NCBI GenBank assembly: GCA_963700145.1
Contig: OY969474.1
Coordinates: 4,960,001-5,024,000, forward strand
Length of the DNA: 64,000 nucleotides
Source of the DNA: an uncultured Acidobacteriota bacterium
Lineage (GTDB): Bacteria > Acidobacteriota > Thermoanaerobaculia > Multivoradales > UBA5704
Direction of reading: 5' to 3'
The notes beneath the pieces are model-generated. The model was given only the letters and a program-made list of their open reading frames with translations, searched no databases and was not told the DNA's origin. Positions 8,724 through 17,838 of the stretch are shown piece after piece (the first letter of the stretch is position 1; the number at the start of each line of letters is the position of its first letter). Both the position numbers and the translations under genes were made by a program.

Positions 8724-10393
8724 CACCCATCTCCGCGAGCGCTCCGGCGGCGCCCGCTCCCTAATCTCCATAGCAACAACCCGCCGAATAGCAGGGCGAC
8801 CGCCGCCCCGGCCGGCTGAGCCCAGGCGAGCCCCGCGCCCGCGAGCTGCCGCACGAGGAGCGTCAGCGCCGCGACCGCGGCGACGAACGCCGCGACCAGC
8901 AAGGTCGCGCCTCGCTCGTCGCCGCGCTCGGGACGGCCGACGTAGCTTGCCGGCTGCCGCGTGCCGTCCGCGGCGCGGGTGAGCGCTTCGTCGAGGTGCC
9001 GTGGGAGCTCGGCCATCAGCACCGCGTAGCGCTCCAAGCTCTCGCGCATCTCGGTCAGCGTCATCATGTCGCGGAGCTGCCCGGCGGTGGTCAGCAGCCG
9101 CACCTCCTGCAGGGCTTCGGCCAGCGCGTCCTGCTCCGGCGCCAGCCGGCGGGCCGCCGCGGCGACCGCGAACAGGCCGCGGTAGAAGGCGACCAGGTGG
9201 GCGCGCGGCCGGTAGCCGCACGCGCGCGCCAGACGCCAGTGCACGAAGAGGTGCTCGGCGAGGCTGTCGCCGCTCGCGCTCCAGGCGCCGTCGCGGAAAG
9301 GGACCACTTGGCGCAGGCGGAGGCGGACCTGCTTCTCGCCGGCGGCCGTGGCGCCGGTCATCTCCCGCAACAGGTAGGTGCACGCCCGGTCGGGATCGCG
9401 CTCCGAGGCCGCGATCAGGTAGCCCCAGAGGTGGCTCTGGGAGAGCGCGGTAGGCGCCGCGAACGGCCCGCCGGTGAAGGCGATGCGGCCTTCCGCGAGC
9501 ACCACGAGCCCGGCGATCGGCTCGACCGGGAACGAAGGGCCCCGCAACGCCCGGTAAAGCCAGGCGATCGCCACCCGCCGTGCCATGCTCAAGCGGTCCT
9601 GGCGCTCGAGGAGAGCGGAGCCCGGCTTCGCGTAGCCGGGCTGCAGCGCTTCGTCCAGAGGCACTCCCCCGACCCACTCGAGGGTGATCGCCTTGGGGCG
9701 CGCGAGCTCCCGCACGACCCGCGGGGTCGAGATCAGGTCCAAGCGGCCCGCATCGGTGGCCAGGGCGTCCAGCGCCGCCGCCTGCGCCGCGAGGTCGAGC
9801 ATGTCGGGCAGAGCCTGGCGGAAGTCGTCCACGGCCACCGCCAGCGGGCGATCGAGCGCCTCGCCGGGGCCCGGGACGTCGGCGAGCAGGTCGAGCAGCT
9901 CCAGGTCCGGCTCGAGCCACGCCTCCAGCCCCGGCCGCACCACCCGCACCAGGACCGGCTCGCCGTTGCGCAGCGTCGCGCGGTGCGCCTGGACGAGGAG
10001 GCGCGACTCGAACGGCGCCTCGTCGAGCTCGGCGTAGAGGTCGCGCGGTTCACGCCCCAGCTCGGCCGCGAGGCGCTCGAGGACGGCGCCGGCCGGCGCC
10101 GGCTGCGCGCGGTCTGGCAGCGCCGCCAGCTCGACGCAGTCGGCGACCGGCAGCAGGTCGGGGCGCGAGCCGAGATAGACCGCGAAGGACGAGAAGACCG
10201 GCCCCAGCCGCTCGAGCGCTCCGCGCAGGCGGCGGCCGAAGCCTCCGTCCTGCGCCGCCGCCGTCGCGGGCCGGGGATCCAGGCCGCGCGGCCCGCCGAA
10301 CAGCTCGCACTCGGCGAAGCAGCGCTGGACCTCCTGCCGGCGCCGCTGCCGCTCGCCGAGCGGCGGCCGCACGCGATCCGCTCGGCTCCTCAT
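8723..10393 (-). CDS. ABC1/UbiB/AarF-family pseudokinase
   Basis: ABC1 scaffold (LERLGPVF...RPDLL, LPDRA, VVRPG) with degenerate catalytic motifs and two C-terminal TM helices; start uncertain (10393 or about 10555). Confidence 0.78.
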   Translation of the reverse strand: MRSRADRVRPPLGERQRRRQEVQRCFAECELFGGPRGLDPRPATAAAQDGGFGRRLRGALERLGPVFSSFAVYLGSRPDLLPVADCVELAALPDRAQPAPAGAVLERLAAELGREPRDLYAELDEAPFESRLLVQAHRATLRNGEPVLVRVVRPGLEAWLEPDLELLDLLADVPGPGEALDRPLAVAVDDFRQALPDMLDLAAQAAALDALATDAGRLDLISTPRVVRELARPKAITLEWVGGVPLDEALQPGYAKPGSALLERQDRLSMARRVAIAWLYRALRGPSFPVEPIAGLVVLAEGRIAFTGGPFAAPTALSQSHLWGYLIAASERDPDRACTYLLREMTGATAAGEKQVRLRLRQVVPFRDGAWSASGDSLAEHLFVHWRLARACGYRPRAHLVAFYRGLFAVAAAARRLAPEQDALAEALQEVRLLTTAGQLRDMMTLTEMRESLERYAVLMAELPRHLDEALTRAADGTRQPASYVGRPERGDERGATLLVAAFVAAVAALTLLVRQLAGAGLAWAQPAGAAVALLFGGLLLWRLGSGRRRSARGDG

Positions 10394-10578
10394 CGCGCCG
10401 CTCGCCGCCGCGCTGCCCGCGCCGGCAGCGGCTGGTACTCGAACACCGAGCCCAGCCTGTTCTCGCGCTTGAGCATGGGATACCAGACCTCGATCGCCAG
10501 CGTCGCCGTCGACGCCCTCCAGCTCGGCAGCGTGTTGTCGCAAGAACGTTACCATGATCCAGGGCTGCCGCAGCTCCG

Positions 10579-10995
10579 CTATGCACCGGGCGCGGGGATC
10601 GGCCCCCAGCCCGACTGCGGCTGCGGCGCGGAGGGCACGGCCTGGGTGGAGCGCTGCATCAGGTCGACGCCGGCCTGCGCGGTCTGGCAGATTGCGTCGG
10701 CGCCGGTGCGCATCGCGCCGGTGGCGCCGGGGGCCCAGGCGGCTGGGTTCCAGGTGCCGCCGGAGCCGATCATCCCGAACATCATGTCGACCATCCCCTT
10801 CTGCATGCTGTCGCCAGCCCGGTACAGCGACCGCAGCGTCTGCCCGAGTTGCCCCTCGGTTGTGCTGGACACCCCGTTCAACGAAGAGGCGGCCTGGCCC
10901 CAGGTCTGCGGCATCAGCAGGTTGGCCGCCTGCTTCAAGCCGAACAGTGACATCGCCCACGAGAAGCTCATCATCGACTTCGTCAGTTCGCGCAA
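10579..10995 (-). CDS. Stand-alone SWAMS-domain protein, 138 aa, Met-rich and helical
   Basis: TTG start with AAGGAG RBS; MRELTKSMMSFSWAMSLFG...AGDSMQKGMVDMMFG. Confidence 0.85.
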   Translation of the reverse strand: MRELTKSMMSFSWAMSLFGLKQAANLLMPQTWGQAASSLNGVSSTTEGQLGQTLRSLYRAGDSMQKGMVDMMFGMIGSGGTWNPAAWAPGATGAMRTGADAICQTAQAGVDLMQRSTQAVPSAPQPQSGWGPIPAPGA

Positions 10996-11031
10996 GGGAC
11001 AGCTCCTTTCTTCCGGGCTCGCCCGGCTTGG

Positions 11032-12699
11032 TCAGGCGAGCCTGAGCATGATTCGGAACAGCATCGCCAGAGCGGCGCCGGCCAGCACGGCCTCCGCCGT
11101 GAACAGGTTGATCCCGGGCTCGGCGGGTCCCCCCGCCACCAGCATCAGCAGCGACAGTGCGCAGGCCGTGACGGCGAGCTGGAGCGCCCGCTGGCGCGAC
11201 TCTCGATGGGACGCCGGGGCGGACCGCGGTACTTCGGCCGCGCCGGGCGGCCCGTCGGCGGCGAACTGCTCCAGGGCTTTCGCCGCCCGAAACGCTCCGT
11301 CGCGGAGCAACCGGGCGCTGGCGCCGGTCCAGTCGATGAGCCGGTCCTCGGCCACCAGCCGCTGCCACCCCTCCCGCCGCAGGTTGCGCTCGCAGACCTC
11401 GGCGAGGTAGGCGCCGACGTCGAACCCGGGCGCGAAGCGGGTGATGAGGCCGTCGATGGCGATGGCCGAGCGGATGTACTTGATGACGTCCCGCTCCGGC
11501 CAGATGCCGGTGGTGCGCGACAGCCGCAGCATGTCGAGCATCACCAGGGTGAAGTTCTTGCGCAGCTTGCGCTGCTTGCCGCGCTGCTCGTACCAGGCCT
11601 CGGCGAAGCGGTCGAGACCGGCGCGGAAGGCGGCGACGTCCGCGCCGGTGTCGAGAGTGGAGACCTTGAGGAAGGCGGTGCACATCCCGTCGAGGTCGCC
11701 GCGCGTGTAGGCCAGGGTCATGGTGATCAGATGACCGCGGGAGTATTGGCTGAGCACGCCGGTGATGCCGAAGTCGACGTAGCCGACGACGTTGCCGGGC
11801 TGGATCAGCAGGTTCGCCGGATGCAGGTCGGCGTGGAAGATGCCGTGGCGGAAGGCGTCGCCCAGGAAGTTGTCGATCATGTGGCGGCCGAACCGGTCGG
11901 GCTCGAAGCCGGCGGCGGCGAGCCGCCGCGGCAGCAGCTCCTCGCCGCTCTCCAGCGCCCGCAGGTAGTCGAGCACGGTGACGCCTTCGAGGAACTCGAC
12001 CGTCAACACCCGCGGCGTGGTGAGCTCGACGACCAGCTCCGGCACCCGCTCGTGGGGGTTGTCCTGCGCGTTGACCCGCAGCCGCTCCATGTAGCGGGCC
12101 TCGTTGCGGTAGTCGAGCTCCTCCAGAGTCCAGGCCACGAACTCGCTCATCGGCTCGATCACCCACTCGAGCCGGCGGATGCGGAAGCGGCGGATCGCCC
12201 CGACCATCGCGCTCATCAGCCGGATGTCGCCGGCGAAGTCGGTGACGACGATCGGCCGCTGCACCTTGACGGCGAGCTTGCGGCCGCCGCGCCAGGCGAC
12301 GTGCACCTGGCCGATCGATGCGGTAGCCAGGGGCTGCCGCTCGAAGACGTCGAAGAGCTCGTCGGGGCCGCGCCCCAGGTCGGCGCGCACCACCGCCTCG
12401 ACCTCCGCGTACGGGAACGGCGCCACCCGGTCGAGCAGGTCGAAGAGGGCGTTGCAGTACTCCAGCGACAGGATGTCGGGCTGCAGCGCCAGCATCTGGC
12501 CGAACTTGATGAAGGTGCCGCCGAGGTCCTCCAGCAGAGCGGCGAAGCGCCGCGGGCCGGGGAGGTCCCCCGGCGGCAGCCGCCGGGCGAGCGCCGGCCA
12601 GCGCGCCAGCCGCGGGCCGAGCGCGTGCGCCACGCCGTGCGCCGCGAGCACGCGCAGGATGTTCCCGAGCCGGCGGAGGTTGGCGGCGGCGGTCCTCAC
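11032..12699 (-). CDS. ABC1/UbiB/AarF atypical kinase/ATPase
   Basis: LGGTFIKFGQ (KxGQ), ATASIGQVH, AVKVQRP, HADLHPAN and DFG; GTG overlaps the upstream stop; C-terminal TM helices. Confidence 0.93.
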   Translation of the reverse strand: MRTAAANLRRLGNILRVLAAHGVAHALGPRLARWPALARRLPPGDLPGPRRFAALLEDLGGTFIKFGQMLALQPDILSLEYCNALFDLLDRVAPFPYAEVEAVVRADLGRGPDELFDVFERQPLATASIGQVHVAWRGGRKLAVKVQRPIVVTDFAGDIRLMSAMVGAIRRFRIRRLEWVIEPMSEFVAWTLEELDYRNEARYMERLRVNAQDNPHERVPELVVELTTPRVLTVEFLEGVTVLDYLRALESGEELLPRRLAAAGFEPDRFGRHMIDNFLGDAFRHGIFHADLHPANLLIQPGNVVGYVDFGITGVLSQYSRGHLITMTLAYTRGDLDGMCTAFLKVSTLDTGADVAAFRAGLDRFAEAWYEQRGKQRKLRKNFTLVMLDMLRLSRTTGIWPERDVIKYIRSAIAIDGLITRFAPGFDVGAYLAEVCERNLRREGWQRLVAEDRLIDWTGASARLLRDGAFRAAKALEQFAADGPPGAAEVPRSAPASHRESRQRALQLAVTACALSLLMLVAGGPAEPGINLFTAEAVLAGAALAMLFRIMLRLA

Positions 12700-14357
12700 G
12701 GCCGCGCTCCTCCCGGCGCCGAAGCGGGCTCGGCGACCGGTCCATCTTCGGCGTCGAAGATGGAGCCCCAGAAGAGGTGCTTGCGCCGCCGCAGCATGTC
12801 GGCGATCGCTTCCTCCAGCCGGCCGCGCACTTCCTGGCTGATCGCCTGGACGATCGCCGGATCGTCCGCCGCCTCGGGCGGGTAGCGGCCGGCGACGTGC
12901 AGCGGCTCGAGGAAGCGAGTGTGCCACTTCGAGGGCAGCGGCAGGCCGGGGAGCGGGAAGTTGGGGCCGAGCGGGAAGTACGGCCACTCGAGGAAGCGGT
13001 GCACCCAGCCGGCGTTGAGGCGCGCGAAGATCGGGTAGATCTCGGCGCTGCCGACGGTGACGAAGGGGACGATCGGCGCGCCGTGCCGCAACGCCATCTT
13101 CACGTACTCGTCGCGCCCGAACTTGCCGAGCAGGTAGGCGCGGCGGTAGGGCGTGAAGGCGCCGTGGATCCCCTCCGGGAACATCCCCAGCAGCTCGCCG
13201 CGCTCGAGCACCCAGTCGCCGTTCTCCTGGCAGGCCGGGATGCCGCCGAGCTTGGTCATGTAGTTGGCCAGGAACGGCTGCTTGACCAGGCAGGGGTGGA
13301 TGAGGAAGCGGATGATCCGCCCGGTCCCCCGCGCCACGGTGTGCAGCGCCATCACTCCGTCCCAGGGCATGAAGCCGCGGTGCACGCCGGTCAGCACGGC
13401 CGCGCCGCGCCGGGGCACGTGCTCGAGGCCGCGCACCTCGATGCGCCAGTAGGCGCGGTGGAGGAAGCGGAAGAGGGTGCGGCCGTAGGCCGCGATGTAC
13501 CGCTCGTCCATGCCGTAGTCGTCGAAGTCGGGGGCGCCGGCCGGGTCGCGCCCGCCGGCGGCGAGGAGCGCCTCGGCGCTCGAGCGCTGCGGCGCCCAGC
13601 CGAGGGCGCGCAGCCGGCGGTCGCCGACCGTCCAGGGGTGGCGCAGGTAGGCCAGCTCGGCGGCGTTGGCCCGCCCAAAGAGGCGGAGCAGCGGCCCGGG
13701 GAGCGGCAGGGCGCTGGCGCCGGCCAGGCGGAGGGCGTCGCGCACCGGCACGACGCCGCGCGGCGCGACGTGGAAGACGCCGTCCGCGTCGCGGTCGACG
13801 ACGCAGCCGACCGCGGCGGCGAGGTCCTCGGGCGCCAGGAGCTGGAGCGAAGGGCCCCAGCCGGCCAGCGGGAAGGCGCGGCGCCGCAGCAGGAAGCGGG
13901 CGAGGGGGTCGCCGCCGTCGCGCGCCACCACCGTCGCCGGCCGCAGCACCGCCAGCCGCCCGCCCCAGCCGGCGGCGGCCGCCGCGGCCATCGCCTCGAG
14001 CTCCAGCCAGCGGCGGGCGATCGGGTTGCGGCCGCGCGGGCGCGTCTCCTCGCCGACGTGGCCGGCGTGCTCGTGCACGGGGTCGTGGACCTGTGCGCTC
14101 GACAGCAGCACCAGCCGCCGCGGCCGGACCGCGCCGAGGGCGTCGAAAAAGCGCGCCGCCGCGTCCAGGTCGGGCCCGCGGCCGGGGAGCGCCCGCGGCC
14201 GGAAGACCACGGTCTCGGTCCCGGCGTCGAGCCGCGCTGCCGCCGCCGGCTCGTCGCCGAGGAGAGCCAGTGCGTCCGCGGCGTCGCCGCCGCGCAGCCG
14301 TTCGGCGATCGCGGCGCTGACGCCGTCCCGCGGCCCGACGAAGGCGACTCTGGCCAT
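12696..14357 (-). CDS. Degenerate extended-SDR/epimerase domain fused to a lysophospholipid acyltransferase
   Basis: N-terminal LVLLSSAQV, LRPATVV and QLLAPEDLA; C-terminal VHRGFMPWDG, FPEG and PLPSKW; AAGGAG RBS. Confidence 0.85.
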   Translation of the reverse strand: MARVAFVGPRDGVSAAIAERLRGGDAADALALLGDEPAAAARLDAGTETVVFRPRALPGRGPDLDAAARFFDALGAVRPRRLVLLSSAQVHDPVHEHAGHVGEETRPRGRNPIARRWLELEAMAAAAAAGWGGRLAVLRPATVVARDGGDPLARFLLRRRAFPLAGWGPSLQLLAPEDLAAAVGCVVDRDADGVFHVAPRGVVPVRDALRLAGASALPLPGPLLRLFGRANAAELAYLRHPWTVGDRRLRALGWAPQRSSAEALLAAGGRDPAGAPDFDDYGMDERYIAAYGRTLFRFLHRAYWRIEVRGLEHVPRRGAAVLTGVHRGFMPWDGVMALHTVARGTGRIIRFLIHPCLVKQPFLANYMTKLGGIPACQENGDWVLERGELLGMFPEGIHGAFTPYRRAYLLGKFGRDEYVKMALRHGAPIVPFVTVGSAEIYPIFARLNAGWVHRFLEWPYFPLGPNFPLPGLPLPSKWHTRFLEPLHVAGRYPPEAADDPAIVQAISQEVRGRLEEAIADMLRRRKHLFWGSIFDAEDGPVAEPASAPGGARP

Positions 14358-14374
14358 GCTCCTTCGGCTCCTCG

Positions 14375-15958
14375 CTATCCCGCCCGCGCCCACCCCGCCG
14401 GGCCGGCGCGGCTCGGCACCAGGGACGGCTCCAGCGCCGTCCCGAACGGCTCGTCGAGCGCGGCGTCGCGCCCGTCCAGGATGCGGCGGGCCACCTGCTG
14501 CGCCGAGACGATCACCGGCGTGATCCCGCCCCCCGGCTGCACCCAGTGGCCGACGAGGTGGAGGTTGCGCACCGGGCTCTCGGTCCCCGGCCGGTCCGGG
14601 CCGAGCTGGTCGGGCGACATCTCCCAGCCCAGCATCGCCCCCTGATGGTTGAGGGTGAAGCGCCACGAGGTCTGCGCCGTGGCGCTGCTGCTGACCACGA
14701 TGTGCTCGCCGATCCCGGGGAGCACCCTCTCGAGGTTGCCGAAGACGTACTCCTCGAGCCGCCGCTTGTGCGCCGGCCAGTCGGTGATCCCGTCGTAGTC
14801 GATGTCGAGCACCTTCTGGACGATCAGGACCTTCCCCCCCTCCGGCGCCATCGCCGGCTCGTAGAGGGTGGGCGAGAAGAGCTTGAAGCGCAGCGCGTTG
14901 CGCCCCATCCCCCGCGGGTCCCAGTCGTCCCAGTAGTAGCCCTGCGCCGCGTTCAGCACTTCGTCGGGCACGTCGCGCAGGCCGAGGTGGGTAAGCCAGC
15001 AAGGGAAGGTGCAGCGCAGCTCGCGCAGCGCCGCGAGGTGGCCGTCGGGCAGGTGCTCCTCCCCGACCAGCTCCTCGTAGGTGAGCAGGAGGTCGGCGTT
15101 CGAGACCACGACGTCGCTGCGCACCGCGGCGGGCCCCCGCCACGGGCCGCGCAGCGTCTCGAGCTCCACCCCGCGCGCCGTGCCGTCCTCGATCAGGATG
15201 CGCCGCGCCGCCGTGCTCATCAGCACGTGGCCGCCCTGCTCCTCGAGGCGCAGCGCCAGCTCGTCGGCGAAGGCCTGCGAGCCTCCCTTCGGGTAGTAAT
15301 TGCCGAGGAAGTAGGAGAGCCGCAGCATCGAGTCGAAGACGAAGGAGGTGCGGTCGGGGGGCGAGCCCCAGTGCGGCGCGTCGGCGGTCAGCAGGAGCTT
15401 GAGCTTGGGGTCGCGGAACCACTCGTCGAGCGCGTCCATCACCGTGACTTCGCGCAGCGGCTGGAGCTTCTCGACGCGCGCCGCCGGCAGGCCGCGGAAG
15501 TAGTGCAGGAGGCCGGCGAAGTAGGCCTTCCGCACCGTGCCGAAGAAGCCGTCGAGGGCCGCTTCCTCGTGCGGGAACTCGGCCTTGAGGGCGTCGAGGT
15601 AGGTCTCGAAGTCGGCGGCGACGGCGAAGCGCGTGCCGTCGGGGAAGTGGAAGACGTCGACCGGGTCCATCTTGACCCAGCCCGTCGTGACGCCGAGCTC
15701 GGCGAGGATGCGCCCCGGCAGCGTCTCGGGGTTGCCGAGCAGCGGGTAGAAATGAGTGGCGGCGTCGAAGGTGTAGCCGCCGCGGCGGAAGGTGCTGCAG
15801 AAGCCCCCGGCCATGTAGTGCTGCTCGACGAGCAGTACCTTCATGCCGCCGCGCGCCAGCAGGTTGGCCGCGATCAAGCCGCCGATGCCGGAGCCGATGA
15901 TCACCGCGTCGTAGCGCGGGTCGGGCGGCCGGCGCAGGCCGCGGAAGGGTCGCTTCAT
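14375..15958 (-). CDS. Phytoene desaturase/CrtI-like FAD-dependent oxidoreductase
   Basis: DAVIIGSGIGG, GGFCSTFRRGGYTFD, YPKGGSQ and NLHLVGHWVQPGGG. Confidence 0.9.
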   Translation of the reverse strand: MKRPFRGLRRPPDPRYDAVIIGSGIGGLIAANLLARGGMKVLLVEQHYMAGGFCSTFRRGGYTFDAATHFYPLLGNPETLPGRILAELGVTTGWVKMDPVDVFHFPDGTRFAVAADFETYLDALKAEFPHEEAALDGFFGTVRKAYFAGLLHYFRGLPAARVEKLQPLREVTVMDALDEWFRDPKLKLLLTADAPHWGSPPDRTSFVFDSMLRLSYFLGNYYPKGGSQAFADELALRLEEQGGHVLMSTAARRILIEDGTARGVELETLRGPWRGPAAVRSDVVVSNADLLLTYEELVGEEHLPDGHLAALRELRCTFPCWLTHLGLRDVPDEVLNAAQGYYWDDWDPRGMGRNALRFKLFSPTLYEPAMAPEGGKVLIVQKVLDIDYDGITDWPAHKRRLEEYVFGNLERVLPGIGEHIVVSSSATAQTSWRFTLNHQGAMLGWEMSPDQLGPDRPGTESPVRNLHLVGHWVQPGGGITPVIVSAQQVARRILDGRDAALDEPFGTALEPSLVPSRAGPAGWARAG

Positions 15959-15995
15959 TGGAGAGAACCGCCTCCGCGGGGGAGGGAGCGCCGCA

Positions 15996-17219
15996 TCACG
16001 GCTGGTCTCCTTGCGGGCGGTTCCGCCCATAGGTCTCGTGCGCGTTCACGAACTCCCCCGACGCCAGGGCCGCCCCCATCGACAGCTCGCCGGCGAGCAG
16101 CGTCGCGGCGGCGACCTCCGCCAGCTTCCGCGCCCCGCCGGCGCCGGCACAGCCCAGCAGCTCCAGGCACTCCTGCGCCGTCCCCAGAGCGGTGCCGCCC
16201 CCCACCGTCGCCACGGTGAGCGACGGCAGGGTGACGCTGGCGTAGAGGTCGCCTCCCGCGAGCTCCTCGAACTGTGTCATGCCGACGGCCGAGTTGGCCA
16301 GGTTCGCCACGTCCTGGCCGCAGGCGATGAAGAGCGCCGCCAGGCCGTTGGCGTAGTGGCCGCTGTAGCCGATCGCGCCCGCCTGGATCTTGCCCGTCAC
16401 GGTATGTCGCCAGAGCTCCGCCAGCTCGCCGGCCGAGACGTGCAGGTAGGTCTGCAACAGCCGCGCCGGCAGGCGCGCGCCGGCCACCACGCGCTTCCCC
16501 TTGCCGCCGGCCAGGAGGCCGCCCCCGGCCTGCTTCTCGCCGTCGAGGCCGCTGAAGATCGAGTAGCCGCGGGCGCGGCCGTGGGCGACGATCCAGCGGC
16601 AGGCGGCGTCGGTGGCGCGCACGATCATGTTCATGCCGTGCGCGTCGCCGGTCGAGTAGCAGAAGTTGACCATCACCTCCCGCCCCACCGCCCGCGGCTC
16701 CAGCCGCAGCAGCCGGCCGTGGCGGGTGGTGGCCTCGGCGGCGGCGCGGATCTCGGCGAAGTCGGCCGCCAGCTCGTCGACGAAGCGGCAGGCCTCCTCG
16801 ACGCTGTCGAGGAAGAAGGCGGGGGCGACGCGGTTCTCGTCCTGGTAGAGGTGGACGGCGGCGCCGCCGGCGCGCGTCAGCGTGACCATGCCGCGCTCGT
16901 AGGAGCGCACCAGCGCCCCCTCGTTGGTCGCCAGCGGCACGTAGAAGAGCCCCCGGGCGTGCTCGCCGTGGACGAGCAGCGGCCCGGCCAGGCCGAGCGG
17001 CACTTGCGCCACGCCGATCGGGTTCTCCACCTTGCCGCGCATCGCCAGGGTGGGAAGCGGCTCAGAGCCGACGTGCCGCAGCGCCACGCCCGCGCGCTCT
17101 TCGATCCAGCGCCGCCGCGCCGCGACCTGCGCGTCGCCGTACCCCTGCTCCTCGAAGCGCGGCACCAGGTCGGCCGCGCGCATCGCCGACGGGAAGGCGG
17201 TGACGGTCGTGCGCGCCAC
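15996..17219 (-). CDS. HMG-CoA reductase-like (class I) protein, copy 2
   Basis: ENPIG, TNEGALV, DAHGMNM, GQD, TVGGGT, GELS and a C-terminal His; GGAGG RBS. Confidence 0.9.
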   Translation of the reverse strand: MARTTVTAFPSAMRAADLVPRFEEQGYGDAQVAARRRWIEERAGVALRHVGSEPLPTLAMRGKVENPIGVAQVPLGLAGPLLVHGEHARGLFYVPLATNEGALVRSYERGMVTLTRAGGAAVHLYQDENRVAPAFFLDSVEEACRFVDELAADFAEIRAAAEATTRHGRLLRLEPRAVGREVMVNFCYSTGDAHGMNMIVRATDAACRWIVAHGRARGYSIFSGLDGEKQAGGGLLAGGKGKRVVAGARLPARLLQTYLHVSAGELAELWRHTVTGKIQAGAIGYSGHYANGLAALFIACGQDVANLANSAVGMTQFEELAGGDLYASVTLPSLTVATVGGGTALGTAQECLELLGCAGAGGARKLAEVAAATLLAGELSMGAALASGEFVNAHETYGRNRPQGDQP

Positions 17220-17221
17220 GC

Positions 17222-17266
17222 TCAGACCTCCGCCCCGTCCCCCGCGAGGGCCACGCGCCCTTTCAT
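17222..17266 (-). pseudogene. 14-codon relic of a ketosynthase N-terminus
   Basis: MKGRVALAGDGAEV compared with KS MKRRIVVTGLGAVT; same ATGA overlap with an ACP stop. Confidence 0.5.
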
Positions 17267-17541
17267 CCCTCCACCGCCTGGGCCTTCCGCGCCAGCTCGC
17301 CCAGCCGCCCCTGGACGAGGGCGACCATCGCCGGCAGGTTGTCGATCTCCTTGTAGCGGTCGTCCGCCAGCCCGAGCTGGAAGTTGTAATCGACGTCGAC
17401 GCCGATCTCGAGCAGCGACAGGGAGTCGAGGTTGAGATCGTCGCGGAGCGTCGCCTCGTCGGGGATGCGCGCCGGGTCGAGGCCGGCGACGTGGGCGATG
17501 ATCTCCTTCAGGCGGGTGCGGATCGCGTCGGTGTCGTTCAT
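17263..17541 (-). CDS. Acyl carrier protein, copy 2
   Basis: DLNLDSLSLLEI phosphopantetheine Ser motif; paralog of 24981-25268. Confidence 0.93.
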   Translation of the reverse strand: MNDTDAIRTRLKEIIAHVAGLDPARIPDEATLRDDLNLDSLSLLEIGVDVDYNFQLGLADDRYKEIDNLPAMVALVQGRLGELARKAQAVEG

Positions 17542-17754
17542 GCGCCCTCACTGACCGCACGCCGCCACCGGCCGCCGGCGGCGGAGAGCAGTCGAAGTCC
17601 GTGGTGAGCCTGCCGGGCGGCAGGCAAAGGGGCGGCAGCTCGGCGGACGCCGAGCCGCGCATTCGAGTCGACGGTTGAGCGGACGCAAGCGGCAATCCCT
17701 CCGGGCCCTCCGGCCGACTTGCGTCCCGTCAGCCGCGATGGCCGCATTGCCCGT

Positions 17755-17780
17755 CTTTCAAATGAATTTATAACATAAGG
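17755..17780 (-). promoter_or_regulatory. AT-rich patch, possible promoter for the ACP2 unit
   Basis: CCTTATGTTATAAATTCATTTGAAAG on the minus strand, in the approximately 300-bp gap upstream of ACP2. Confidence 0.4.
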
Positions 17781-17838
17781 CCCACGATGCTACCAGGAGT
17801 CTGCGAGGGAAAATCGGGAGCGCCGGCTCCCATAATCT

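Noticed and set aside
5711-8764. 1017-aa plus-strand ORF, and similar long antisense ORFs such as 8996-11410, 21139-23376 and 58567-61425
   Set aside because: Shadow frames opposite motif-bearing genes, expected in high-GC DNA; no motifs of their own
8723-12745. Single 1340-aa protein
   Set aside because: The upstream part is an Arg/Pro-rich alternate frame over the real kinase and SWAMS genes; only 8723 to about 10393 looks coding
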